Below, in pieces: positions 1 through 12,546 of a stretch of DNA of 64,000 bases. The DNA is from Dimorphilus gyrociliatus (taxonomy: Eukaryota > Animalia > Annelida). The stretch is from the NCBI GenBank assembly GCA_904063045.1, contig CAJFCJ010000058.1:15973-79972 (forward strand), given 5' to 3'. The stretch's first letter is position 1. Every line of letters begins with the position of its first letter. The position numbers and the translations under genes were made by a program. The notes beneath the pieces are model-generated. The model was given only the letters and a program-made list of their open reading frames with translations, did not search any database and was not told where the DNA came from.

Positions 1-851
1 GCGTATAACTCTGGACAGCAAGAATACTTTTTCTCTGTACGAACAACATTACTACTAACAACTTCAAAGTCGTTAGTTTCGTAATATTCCAGATCGAGAC
101 TATCACTGCCCAATAAAACGTTTATCTCATTTTTATTATAAGTCCAAGATCCAAAGCTTATAGAACAGACATATTCACCATTTTTATCTTTGGGACAGCG
201 GACCTGTTAATGGTGTTTTTTCTTTTTAGCATTTCATTATTTCTTATAGAATGTTACACTTACAGCATATTTCTTTGAAGGTATTACAAGAACCTGACCA
301 TTTGGGTATAGACAAGCCAAAGGTTTGATTACATACTGTTCAGGATCCAGTCTATATTTGAACATGCAAGCAGTTGTACAAAGCTAGAAAAAAAAATTAG
401 ACTGGTTACTTACACATTGTAGGCAACTAAATCAGGCGTCCAAATAATATCGAGTGGAAGGTGAAATTCATGAAATTTATTAGATTTCCATGTTAATCCA
501 GGATCTGTCCAATTCCTTTTGGAATAATAATATTTTTTAATGTAATTAGGTCAAATGTATTTAAATAAAAAATACCATTTTTGGCCAGGCAACAAGATGA
601 AATATGCCGTTATTCTCCGAAGCAATATTTACAAGAGATAATGCAAAACTAATATTCAATCCATCAGTCTCCGGTTTTGATTTTAGATCTACATCCTTCA
701 AAACTGTATTTAAAGATTCACGATAGCAATTTCTAAAATGACGCTTTAAAATTATTAATATGACATACATAATAGAAAAAACTTACTCAGCTTTTGCATA
801 AGCAAAGAAGATAAGAAGAGAAATAAGAGCAATCTGACAGGAGAAATTCAT
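1..851 (-). CDS. Cys-loop receptor ligand-binding domain, acetylcholine-binding protein (AChBP) / nAChR alpha-like; 3' end beyond the window start
   Basis: Exons joined by hand: 851-787 (signal peptide MNFSCQIALISLLIFFAYAKA), 732-576, ~515-414, 351-264, 203-<1. The product has WTDPGLTW, IWTPDLVAYN, RC-PKDKNGEYV-C, FGSWTY and YSCCPELY (loop C vicinal cysteines). The 575/515 junction is 1 nt out of frame as written. Confidence 0.8.
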
Positions 852-2064
852 TCTTTCCTTTTCCGAGAGCTAGTGGTGCAATAAGGAAAGTATTCCCTGC
901 TTATATATACATACACACACATACACTGTGGACAAAAATTAGTTCTATGTTTAAACTAGCAAATATGCCTTTCCTACTCTCTTTCTCTTTTTATTTGGGT
1001 TTCAGTCTACAGACAATATGACTTGGAGGTGGACAGATAATTTGTATAGTAGGCCTATTTATGTTATAGTTGGATTTTGAAGGTCAATTGAAAATAGTTA
1101 ATATATTACTAATATACTATATTATACGAGGAGTGAGCTGGGTGGTAGAATAAGGTGTTCAAAAGATTCTTAGTAATGATTAATCAGTACGGATAACTTT
1201 TCAAAAATTCCTTATTTTTTAATAAATGTATTGATTGATTGAAAATATAGAACTTGACGGAAAGGGGGAAATTTATAATCTGTCTACAATATATTATATA
1301 ATTTACCAAGTATACTACAATCTTATAGCAAGTATACTTGAACACTTCAAGCCAAAATAAGATGTTTTGAATATTATATTCAATACGCGACCTATGGTTA
1401 TTATCAAGTAGGAGCAATAGATTCGATTGGCCATTTCTAGGTGATTTTGACAAAGCCTTATTAGTACAGAAACGCAATTGCATGGACCAATCTAATTTGG
1501 TCTTCTATTCTTTATGATCAACGATATAAACGAAAGTTGTACATTAAGAATAATATAAATGTATTCTAAAATAACACTAGACCTGTTCACAAAGAGGATT
1601 TATTCAGGACTACCTACTCCCTGCTTTTTATATAATTCTCTATCAGTTGTTTATGCATTAGGTGTCAACAACAAATGCCTAATTCCTATATAAGGATTCT
1701 TGACAAGAAGTAGGGTCCAGGGTTTTCCAAGTAAAATATCAGTGATGAAACAACAACAGGTTTGTGTTGGTAAACCCTTAAATGCTAATTGCTACAATAT
1801 GTTTTTGTTTCAAAATGACGTCGAATTGGGCAACACAGAAGGAATTTCCCTGGTTGGGTGTAAAATTTTATGTATATAAAAAATTTAACAGATTTGGAAG
1901 TACTGGAACAATTAATTCAAATTTTTAATCATTATGGACCTAAAAATGGAATTTGCAGCAAGTCATGGACATCAAAGAAAGGTTGAGAAAATCAACAAAA
2001 ATGTGTCCATTTTTGGTTTCATTTTATAGATGAACCTGTCAATCCAAAAAGATGCTGTCTAAAC

Positions 2065-2413
2065 TTGAATAAAAATGTGGTTCTTATTCAACAACGGCAG
2101 TTGAATGTTAGTTGTTGTTATCTAAATGAAAAGTGTTTCTATCACAATACAGCAATGACTGGATTTTTACGAATAAAAAAGAATTCAAATTTTCAAACAT
2201 TCTATGATATTTTTATTTCTATAAATGTTAAAGAATGTACAAGACACTGTCTATCATCTTCTCAATGTAGATACTCTAAATACGATTTTAATGGAACTTT
2301 GTACTCTTAACAAAGATATTTTCAATGCTCAAACTGATTCAGAAACCATATCTTCATATGATATGATGAAATTGGTTCTTCTCCATGTAATTCCTTTAAT
2401 ACAGACTGTTTAG
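2065..2413 (+). pseudogene. Frameshifted PAN/apple-like fragment
   Basis: ECTRHCLSSSQCRYSKY in one frame continues as CTLNKD in an overlapping frame. Weak Cys-spacing resemblance only. Confidence 0.25.
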
Positions 2414-3560
2414 CAATAGTCAATGGCCATCTGTTTCTACAATTAGTTTAAACTTTAAGCTAAGAATTTTTGGTGAAAATCTTCATAAATGTATTGATTT
2501 AAAGAATAGTCTTCCACCCGTTGGAGTTTTAGCCTATGTTCCATTGGATTATCAGAATAATCCTATTTTTATAGGAACTTTTGCAGTTGTCAAATGGACT
2601 ATTGCCAATCAGTCCATATTGAAGGAATTGCATTCGTGAAACATAGTTTACCAGTATATGTTTTTTCTATAAACGTATAAAATTTTTGCCGTGGGTTATA
2701 AGGAAAATATTTTATAATTATTATTACCAATATACCGGTTTTGGACATCAAGAATACCTGATTTTTGTTCTCTTTCAATCAGATAATTTCAATGAAGATT
2801 ATTTACCAGTTCCGTTTGAGTCAAATGGGAAAATATAGAGAGAAAAAGTTGAAAATTTGTTCATAGTCTTAGGAAATACTTTAAATAGATTACGAATTGG
2901 TGGTATAAAATTTCATATTCAAATCAGTTATATTTTTCTGTAATAGCTGTCTATCTGAGTGCTTGTTGCATTCTTATCTTTAGAAAGCATACGAATATTT
3001 AAAGGCAACTTTGAATAGTCATTAAACTCTCCAATACAATTATGAATGTGTGAATGGGCACAAAGCAGTAATTGGGTGAAATCATACCTGATTGAAACTG
3101 TGCTTAAGCATTTAGTAAGAGAAAAGAAAAAAATATGTAGGGTACAAGGCAGTTGAAGATAGATATGGTATGTTTATAATAGTTTGTGTCAAAAACAGCT
3201 TAATAATGTCAAGGTAAAAACAAATTTAATTTTTACAAAAAAACTACAAGGGCCACCGGTAACTCTAGTCAATTTCCTTAGGCCTATTGAATTTGTCGTT
3301 TTTTTTGTCAAGTGTCACACATGACATTAATATTTCAAATGCTATTTCAACAATCGGACTCTTATGGCTGAGAGTTAAATCTCTCTTTCGGTAGATAAGA
3401 GTTGGACGATTCCTTTAGTAGTAGATCATTTTTATCCGGAGTATTCTGATGCAACATTTCAACAATCGAATAGAATTTAGGTTCTTTGTATTTCTTGACA
3501 GTTTTCTTCCAGATTTTACACTTAATTTTGCATCCAAAAACTTATGATAAAATATTTTTA

Positions 3561-4797
3561 TTATATTTTTGGTTGTTTATGAAAAGAATGTAATTTGTTG
3601 TTTGAAGACCTACCGCATTGAATGATGATACAGATCACAACAACACCTGGTATTGTCGCCGAGATTAGATAAGAATAATTGCAGTTTCTTATCATCTTCC
3701 TCGTATTTTCGCAAAAGTCAATGTAAATATTATAGAATAAAATATCAATTAAAAATTTTAATGGTATTAATGCCATAATTTGAATATATTCAAGTGCAAA
3801 TATCACGTGATGATATGATTGTGTGAGAGACATGTAAATCAAACAAATAGCTCCAAGTGCATTCTTGACCCAGTGGATAAAGATAACATTCATATTGAAA
3901 ATATTATCGTAGTGTCTGTGTTTTCAAAAATTCAAAGAGTAAATTAAAATAAAATACAAACCGAAATCTATCAATACAAACTTCCTGTTTCCCACCGGAA
4001 GCCAATAAGTTTGACACTTGGTATGAATTTATTTCTTCATTGGTCGCATTATTTACATATTTAACATAGTCTAATATCGGCTCCAACAGGTACATTGTTG
4101 TTGATACATACATCAGAATATACAAGAAATTGAAAAAAAAAACGAATAGGCCTAAACTATTGGATTTAATACTCAAAAATACATGAATTCGAAAGTAGAA
4201 ATACAAGAATATAGCCAAGGTGATAGGTTTGTACGACATTCGAATTTGCATATATTATGCAAATCTATGGTATTATATAATCCTCTTCCGTAAAATATCA
4301 ATACTGCAGCAAGAATAAAATAACAGAATGAATTGACTGCATAGCAAATTGATGATTCATTGATTACTTTGAATTCTTTCCTCTCTAGTCCGCTATTCTT
4401 TATATAAGTATTGATTTCGTATATGGTAAATAATGTAATTAAACTAAAATTTATAAATATCAGTACAATTTCCATCTTTTTGCTGAAAGAAATCATATTT
4501 TGAATGAATGAATACAAAAATTGAATATTAGACATTTTTCCCTCTCTCTCTCTTCACTTACTTTGAAATTTCACTTTCAACACAAATGTAATCATTTGAT
4601 GATATATTTTCAAAATTATGAATATTCTTTAAATTTACAACTGACGAACCATTGTAAACTTTAAAACCAATTGATTTTGGGAAAGATTTCAAATAGAATT
4701 GTATAAAACAAATGTTAATTATAATAAAGGTCATTGCGCAATAACTCAATACTAAGTTGTTTATTTTCTGATTCAAAAATCTTTTTAAAATAGTCAT
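3561..4797 (-). pseudogene. Divergent multi-pass membrane protein, possibly otopetrin-like, broken into four ORF pieces
   Basis: Four consecutive hydrophobic ORFs. Motifs YSFIQNMISFSKK, ECRTNLSPWLYSCI and NSLGLF fall in the same order as otopetrin F-x-Q-M, SPYLYPC and GLF motifs. The pieces do not join cleanly. Confidence 0.35.
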
Positions 4798-5588
4798 TTT
4801 TTCATTTCGTCTATCCGTTTACTCTTTGAATGGTGGATATCAAATATTCTCTTTTCAATTTTATTTTATATATATAGATATATAGACATGTTAGTTGTCA
4901 TTCTAAAGGAATATAGAATTAGCCTACTTGCTAATTTAAGTCGTACCTTTAAAAACCAAAAGTTGGTTTTTCTGTTTACTCTTTCTTACAGTAGAAACTG
5001 TTCAGTAACTAAATTCATTTATTTTACTGTTCAAACATTCTGTTTAATGAATTGACGATTTTTACCCTTAGAAAGTCAGAAATACATTCCAAACATTTTT
5101 CTAAATCTAACTAACTAGGCATCTCTTCAGGCAAATTCTTTCATTATTCCTGTTTCATAATCCCCTAGAGGTAAGCTTGCATCCTATCCTTATCTGTTGT
5201 AAAAACAGTTGTGATGGGCCTAAGGATGAGATAAATAGAGCCAGTTTTCCGGCTGTATTATTAAAAAATAAATTCTAATAAAAATTCTACTTAATAAAAT
5301 TTTAAAAGTTGAATTGTGTACCAGTTTATTTTTAACTGTTAAACATGTATTGTAAAGACTTTTTAGATAGTTTTTTAAAGTTATATAATGAAAGACCAAG
5401 AAATTCGTTCACAGCGCCATCTGGTAGTATAGGATAAAAATTTAGGAACTAAATTAGTAATAAAGGCAATTACAATTTTTGAGGATATTAGCCATAGTAT
5501 CAAAATAATCTGGATTATGATTGTCCTGTAGCTCGCTCTTTCTGTTGGATTATCCCTAATCCTCCTTTGAAAAACCATTGTTTAAAAA

Positions 5589-6692
5589 TTAATAAAGAAA
5601 CCTTTGATTCGGTTTTTCTTGCGATATCTTCTTTTGCCAAGATAGCCAGATTGTTCTAAAGAGTTGATGTTCAGTTAGAGGATTTGTATTAAGAGCAATA
5701 ATCCTGAAAATAAAAACTCCATCTCTACCTAAATATCGTTGAAATTTCTTTATTTTATCTTCGTCCTCCAGTTTAATATGCTTATTAATATAATCATATG
5801 AGTTAGTTAATGATTTAATTAACCATTTAGCTGTTGAAATTGCCTGCAAAATTAATAAAAAAACAATCCAAAACCATAGAAAAATGAACATTTTTTCATT
5901 GAATAAATTAATAGAAAGAACACATTGAACAGTATAAGGATGAACGTTCCCTAATCTTCTTATCTTTAAATCGCACAGCGTAACTTTTGGAAATCTTGGA
6001 GAATTCGGTTCGTTACCATTCCACAATTGTCTTATAATTTCAAATCCGTATAGATTGTATTTATAACCCAGAAAAAGGTTCATAAGGAACATTTGCCCTA
6101 AACCATCAATAAAGTACAATATCTTAACAATGATATAGAGAACAGTTAGATAACTTTTACTCTTCTCTTTGCACAAACAGCAGAATGAAAAAACTCTATT
6201 ACAGGAAATTGCCTTTTTCCTGATCAATAATTCTTCTTGAGCATCAAGATATCTTTTCAATTGTTCAGCTTGTAATTCATTATCATTCTCTTGAACTAAA
6301 GATTGAATATCTATACCGGATTTAGAATTCATCATCCTCCAAACGATAACTGGTAAATAGAATATTAGAGCTGAGAGTAAAAATATAATAGGTATCCACT
6401 GATAATAGGATATTTCGTTTGTCTTCTCCGCCGGTAATCTTTTATCAAAGTCAATATAATACGTATTTTTTACCCAACAATAGCTATTTGTATATTCTAA
6501 CCAACCGTCGGAAAAATGAGCGGGAACCCAGCAATGTATTGGATCACCAACAAATTGGGACGTTGATACAACAATGGCAAAAGCGGCTAGCATCGTTGTT
6601 GTATATTTATGGAAGAGTCTATCGATTGAATCGTCATCGTAATGACTCTTAAGGTTTGGTATTGAACCAAAAACTGACAAGATTTTATCCAT
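5589..6692 (-). CDS. Innexin (invertebrate gap-junction protein), intronless ORF, 367 aa
   Basis: DDDSIDRL, QFVGDPIHCW, YTNSYCW, YYQWIP, FPKVTLCD, QCVLSINLFNEKMFIFLWFW; four TM segments and paired extracellular Cys. Confidence 0.97.
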   Translation of the reverse strand: MDKILSVFGSIPNLKSHYDDDSIDRLFHKYTTTMLAAFAIVVSTSQFVGDPIHCWVPAHFSDGWLEYTNSYCWVKNTYYIDFDKRLPAEKTNEISYYQWIPIIFLLSALIFYLPVIVWRMMNSKSGIDIQSLVQENDNELQAEQLKRYLDAQEELLIRKKAISCNRVFSFCCLCKEKSKSYLTVLYIIVKILYFIDGLGQMFLMNLFLGYKYNLYGFEIIRQLWNGNEPNSPRFPKVTLCDLKIRRLGNVHPYTVQCVLSINLFNEKMFIFLWFWIVFLLILQAISTAKWLIKSLTNSYDYINKHIKLEDEDKIKKFQRYLGRDGVFIFRIIALNTNPLTEHQLFRTIWLSWQKKISQEKPNQRFLY

Positions 6693-7249
6693 TGCACAGG
6701 AATTCTAACAAATTGAGGCTAGATTGTTCAAACCTTCCCAAAACACCAAAATTTACAGCCAAATGGGGAATAAGCAATAGTCCTGCCGGAAGTGCATCAA
6801 GTAAACTAATTGGTTTGGTATTTTCTCAAAATCTTTATTGTTGGCGATAAATCTGTCAATATTAATAATTTTGCATATTTGAATAAACTCTTCATAGCGT
6901 CGTAAACAATTGAATCATTATTCAAAAAAATCATCAGTTTTTAACTCGTAACATCAAACTTCATCAATTGACAAATAAATTTCCATTTGAAGTTGTGTAT
7001 CTCACTTCTCCGTTTGAAAATTGATCGTATTTAAAAATGTTTCTAACGTGTGAAAATCCCCTTAGTATAGGCCGGAAGTTGGATATTTTCTCCTCCACTC
7101 AAATAGTTATGATATACTATATAATTCAAACACGAACTATTTATGATGAAGAAGCGTTTTATCTTATCATCAAGATATCCTTATCAATTCATAAATACTC
7201 AATGAGACAAAAGTCTACTTTATTCGACTGTTAGGAATTTCGTGTCTTG

Positions 7250-7379
7250 TCCCCACTTGTGATAGTTCCGGAGTTGCTATCTAATTTGTGCTTAGGAAGC
7301 TCTCATCTGAGGGTTGTGGGAAAGGAAAAAGGTTAGGCAGAAACACGAGCTGGGTTATTGGACATTTTCTGTCGCATCT
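7250..7379. mobile_element. Partial, degenerate copy of the telomere-repeat MITE family
   Basis: Ends in GGACATTTTCTGTC plus 6 nt like other copies and contains AAAAAGGTTAGG. Left end and TSD not found. Confidence 0.35.
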
Positions 7380-7743
7380 CAGTAGTAACTACTATTATAT
7401 AAACAACATCTTATTATATCTTACAATAGATTGTCTTTAGCGCCATCTTGTGTCTGAAAATTTAACTATTCTTCAAAAATACATATTGTAGATTATCATA
7501 GTCATATTATTCTTATCAGTGGAAACATAATATGATTGAATAGTCTTAACTTAAAACTCAATTAATGATTATCTAGTGAAATTTGTATTAAGGAATTTTC
7601 TCTACTAGTATGGTATGTAGAGGGCGTTGCTGTTAATCATAAGTAAGAAGATTTCATCAACAAAACATCTCACCGCATTCAAAAATTAATCACATGATCA
7701 ACTGATATGATATTTATTCTAAAACTAAAGAGATATTAACATC

Positions 7744-9354
7744 TCACAAAACATCGAACATTTCGTATATAACCGATACGGAATTCGAAAGTCCGCTGCA
7801 AATGTGCAAATCATTTTCAATTTTATCATTAAATGACAAATCAATTGTTTCTAGTTTGTCAAATTTCATCAAAATAGTTTTAATTTTTTTCCAATTTTTT
7901 TCAGTTAAATTACAATTCGAAATTAAAATTTTCTTTAAAGTTTTAGATGATTTTTCCAAAGATTTAATTACAGCTGACAAACCTTTTCCCATCCCAGTAT
8001 TATATGAAAGGTCAATTATTTCAAGATTAGAACATGACCCCAAAAAAGTCTCCAAAGAGGGGCAGGCAGTTTTAGCTATATTACAATTGGATAGATTAAT
8101 TTCCTTCAAAGTTGTCGCTGAGCTGGAAAAACCATTCAAAAAACTAAATAATCCGTTTGCAATATTTTTATTTTTCTTTAAATTTATTACTTCAAGATTA
8201 CCGAATTTTATGGTTTGAATTTCAAAAAATTCCCAATTTTTCCATTTCAAACCACAGTTAGAAAAATTCAAATCCCTTAGCGTATCTGATGCTTTTTCCA
8301 GTCCATTGCAGATTCTTTGAATTCCATTACCTAGTCTATTATTATTAGATATGTCAAATAATTCAATATGGCAACATTTGTGTAATAATTTTTCAATAGG
8401 TTTACAGAGTTTCTCCGTTAAATCACAATTTGAAAAATTAACTTCTTTCAGCGGGTATGATGATTGTTCAAGTTGTTGACAAACAATTGACCAATCACCT
8501 TTCTTCAAAATATTATATGATAAATCAATTTTCTCCATATTTGTTCTCTTTCGTAGAAATGTAATAATATAGCTTGGATCACCTGTATCTTTAGTGTTAT
8601 TTGTGAAAGGTTTCAAAGTCAACGATTGTTCATTGTTAGTATGGTTTGCATAATCTATTTCTTGTAGTTGATAGTCAACTTTGGGATTTTGAAGTATGGT
8701 TAGCTGTAGTTTGTTTTTCGAAAAATTTTCTAAATATTCCAATAAATTCTGCTGTTTGGTGTTATCTTTTAAAAGATTCATTAAAGAATCCTTTCTCTGC
8801 TTGCTTAAATTTTCAGAAACTTGTCTAATCATTTGGAAATCATTTTGAATTTTCAACAAATAACCTTTTTCAGTTCCTTCAATTTCACTTAAAAGTTCTT
8901 TTTGATTATTCTCTTCAATTTTTAAATAAGAAATTATCAATTCCTTGTTTTTCAATTGTTTTTTCATAGTTGAAATTTGACATTGCGAATGATCTTCGTC
9001 AAAGCATATATTGCATAGATTTTCAATATTGTGACTTGCACAAAACAATGTAGAAAGTTGTTTATGTTTTTCACAAAATTTTCCATCCAAAGGTAATCTA
9101 TTAAGAGATTTGGAGAGATAATTTTTAGGTAATTTTACTACACTCTCCTTGGATACTGCATGAAATACTTTGCAATTAGGACATGTTAATCCTATTCTAG
9201 AAATTAATTTTATATTATAGTTTAGTTTCAGCAAACACTGCAGGCAGAATGTATGTTGACAAGGAAGTACTCTATGGTCTTTATCTACCCAAGAATCCGA
9301 GCACAAGGAACATTTAAGACTTTGTTCGTCAATAAAATATCCACCAGTAGCCAT
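7744..9354 (-). CDS. TRIM-like protein: RING + B-box + coiled coil + ribonuclease-inhibitor-type LRRs
   Basis: C3HC4 RING (CSLC...CQHTFCLQC...CPNC), B-box-like CEKH-x7-CASH...CNIC...HSQC, K/E/Q-rich coiled coil, then about four 57-aa LRR units. Likely start is MATGG at 9354, just after an AG acceptor. Confidence 0.85.
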   Translation of the reverse strand: MATGGYFIDEQSLKCSLCSDSWVDKDHRVLPCQHTFCLQCLLKLNYNIKLISRIGLTCPNCKVFHAVSKESVVKLPKNYLSKSLNRLPLDGKFCEKHKQLSTLFCASHNIENLCNICFDEDHSQCQISTMKKQLKNKELIISYLKIEENNQKELLSEIEGTEKGYLLKIQNDFQMIRQVSENLSKQRKDSLMNLLKDNTKQQNLLEYLENFSKNKLQLTILQNPKVDYQLQEIDYANHTNNEQSLTLKPFTNNTKDTGDPSYIITFLRKRTNMEKIDLSYNILKKGDWSIVCQQLEQSSYPLKEVNFSNCDLTEKLCKPIEKLLHKCCHIELFDISNNNRLGNGIQRICNGLEKASDTLRDLNFSNCGLKWKNWEFFEIQTIKFGNLEVINLKKNKNIANGLFSFLNGFSSSATTLKEINLSNCNIAKTACPSLETFLGSCSNLEIIDLSYNTGMGKGLSAVIKSLEKSSKTLKKILISNCNLTEKNWKKIKTILMKFDKLETIDLSFNDKIENDLHICSGLSNSVSVIYEMFDVL

Positions 9355-9868
9355 TTTGTCTTTAGTGAAGCTGATATAATAAAATATCAATATTAATAAA
9401 TATTTGATAAAATGTTGTAGGCAAGATGATAAGTATTGAATATTTACTACCGCCTCCTAGTATTGAAAACCTTTCATCCAACTAAAATAAAACTAAAGAT
9501 AACACAATAGAAAGATCAGTAAGGAATTGAGTCAGATATTCAAAAGAGATTCTGTTCAATTTCGATTATCTTTGTATTTGCAAACAGATGTCTAGTTTCT
9601 TTTTACAGTTTGTTTGACGCCTATCTCAAATGAATGTAAAAATATTGACACATTTTTTTAAAATCATTTTAAAAATTTACGCCTTTTTAATTGTTTCGCT
9701 GAAAACCATATTTTTGGAGTATGTAAAGTATAGATTTTTTACAATGTCAATTATACAGGCCAAGTAATTGAAAATTTGAAAGAAATTTCCACCATAAACA
9801 TCCTTTGAGAAGCAAGTATTGTCAAGGCAAAGAAAATGGTATTTGTCCTGATTGTTATAGAAATTAAC

Positions 9869-10825
9869 GAATACGACAGAAGTCGCCCAGGGCAGAAGTC
9901 GCCCAGGACAGAAGTCGCCCAGACATTGATAGAAGTCGCCCAGAGCTGTGACAGAAGTCGCCCAGAAGTGTGATAGAAGTCACCCAGGACTATGACAGAA
10001 GTCGCCCAGAAGTGTACTAGAAGTTTACAGTATGCTTAATAAAATGCAAAATATATGAAAATAATTTATGAAGTAGTTTGTATTTATTATTTGTAATCTC
10101 TGAGTGATAATGAAAGAAATTGTTTTACCAGTTTTTTTTGTAGAGTAATGTTTTACCACTTGATTTGTTGTGAAAATTGAATTGTTAGCTATTCGAATTA
10201 AGTGATTTTCTGCATTGTAATCCTTCAAAAGTAACAATTGTTTTGATAAAAATATTAGTCTCTTTAAAATCATGTATATATCTTACAATTTTTTTTTAAT
10301 TCTCATGATCTTTGACATAACAGGTATTTGAAAGAAATTTATCAACATGGCAAAATTCTGCTTTGAATGTAGAAACAAATTTAATAAATTAAATGAAATG
10401 CATAAGATTTTTAGTTTAAAACTCAATACTGTACTTTGTATTGTGATTGTGGGAATTTTCTGCTGTACTGATCCAAATAGAACCTCAAGTTTGTGCACAA
10501 GTTTAAGCAAATAAATGATATTTATGTGAAACCTTCAACAGAATGCCAGTATTTTATTATTTAATTCATTCACTATTTAGTTATTATTAAATGATGCATT
10601 CTATATTTATTAATACTTATTATATATTTCAATTGTCAGAAATCAATAGAAACAAAGAACAAACACATTATGTCTTCTACAGTTCTAGGCGACTTCTGTC
10701 ATAGTCCTGGGCGACTTCTATCACAGTTCTGGGCGACTTCTGTCACAGCTCTGGGCGACTTCTATCAATTTCTGGGCGACTTCTGTCCTGGGCGACTTCT
10801 GCCCTGGGCGACTTCTGTTGTTCCC
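9869..10825. mobile_element. Non-autonomous foldback-type Mutator (Phantom-like) element
   Basis: Left arm has about 7 tandem AGAAGTCGCCCAG units and the right arm is the mirror-image array. Flanked by a 9-bp TSD with one mismatch: GAAATTAAC (9860-9868) / GAAATGAAC (10826-10834). Confidence 0.85.
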
Positions 10826-11567
10826 GAAATGAACACATATTTTGGGTTTTTGTTAGTAATTTCTTTTTTAAATTAAACAAAATACACACTTAAGTTCCTT
10901 TCATCTGCACATCGGATTATACCAGTTTTCATCACAAATGAAAGTGTTGAAGGACTGTTACTGCAAAAAAATGAAAATAGAATTTAGATAATGAGAAAAA
11001 ACTCATTTCTTATGGATGTATTAACTATTTAAGATAAAATTTACTAATTGGAACAACATGACAGTTATTTATATTTTCACTTCCGTTGCAAACAATCTCT
11101 TCTCCTTTTATTAAACGTACATTATTATCCTTGAATAATTGAAATTCGGCTCTCAGCGAATAATCCAAATGACCACCCAAATGCCAAAATATTTACAAAG
11201 TAAAACTGGAATGCCATGTTCCATGCCAGCTAGAGCTATATTTCTCAATCCCTTCTCCATGAATACTTGAGGATATCCTGAAATTTCCATTTTTGACAAA
11301 CTATCCTTTCTATCATAGTAATTTTCGGTTTCTGTGAATAGTCTAAACTGGTTATCTAGTTTCTCTTTAAAATTTAACTTTTTTTTGCAACCTATATATA
11401 AAAACCGGAAGTCTTTTTTTATCAGTTTACATCCTAGTATGCTAGTACCCGACCCCTTGCATGAGGTTAAAGTAAAACCCTAGATAAAAAATATGCAATG
11501 TATAGTTGGTTAGTCTTTCAAATAGAACACTTATATTCATACATAAAATAGTTGATTGCAGATTATC

Positions 11568-11810
11568 GGTTATTGATTTACTATCCCAAAGCAAGAAAAT
11601 AAAAAAAATTTCTATAATTGATATTGATCATTTTGCCAGATATTTCCACATGAAACGTGGAAAAATACGTCTAAAAACTGTAGAATAATAAGAACTATTT
11701 GAAATAATTTGTGTTATAAATAGATTCGGAGTGTTTGTTTCTATCAACTGTATAAAAAACTTAAAAATCCCCTATTATCGTTCAAATCCATCCAACTCTT
11801 ACAAGTCTTA
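11568..11810. repeat. Local direct repeat, copy 1 (copy 2 at 16157-16622)
   Basis: Shared blocks TATTGATTTACTATCC, CTAAAAACTG, TAGATTC-GAGTGTT-GTTTCTATCAA and CAAATCCATCCAACTCTTACA. Confidence 0.75.
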
Positions 11811-12546
11811 CTTTTGAAAAATGTAATAAAGACTCTGTCTAATTAATCAAGTAAATGGCAGAGGGAAAATTTAATTGATTCAACAAATGGATTGCACTTT
11901 GTAAAACATCTTATTTATCCTCCTAATGAAACATTATACAGAATATATTTATTATTTTTAAATTATTAATCAACAATAAAATCAAAATATGATATAAAAA
12001 AGAGGATAATTTAATTAGTTTTCAATATTTTTGGTGTGAAGATAATAATTTTTTAAATATGAATAAAGTTTTAATTATTCTACTTATACTGAAACAAATT
12101 CAAGTTTTTGAGGCAAAAGGTTTTTTTAGCTAAAGAAATATTTTTTTTTCAATATCAGTTTTTTATTAGCCTGTTTTTTCAGGTTGTGAATATGAATTAT
12201 TGGCTAATAAATCTTTAATCACGTCTGAATTTACTAAATATTTCATTGTATATATGAAATTTGATTTGCAAGAATGTATTAGAGCTTGTAATCACGTGAC
12301 AAATTGCAAGTAAATAAACAGTTTTGTTTTAAAATAAAATTATTAAAATTACCCTTCTCCGAATTAAAAAGGTCAATTCTAATTTCAAAATTTAATGATC
12401 ATTGCCAATTATTGAATTCAGTACTACAAAACAAATCAACTGAACTTAATAATTTTAAAGATATTTATACAAGGAATAACAATTGCGGTATGACCTACTT
12501 TCAAAAAACATAAGATATTTATAATAAATACTTTGTTTCTTTTCAG

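Noticed and set aside
7802-8218. Antisense ORFs over real genes (also 6419-6652, 33222-33509, 50353-50811, 54431-54694)
   Set aside because: Shadow frames of the coding strand, with no independent motifs.
10670-10876. ORFs built from repeats (also 59434-59701 and the tail of 56849-57064)
   Set aside because: They are translations of TIR arrays.
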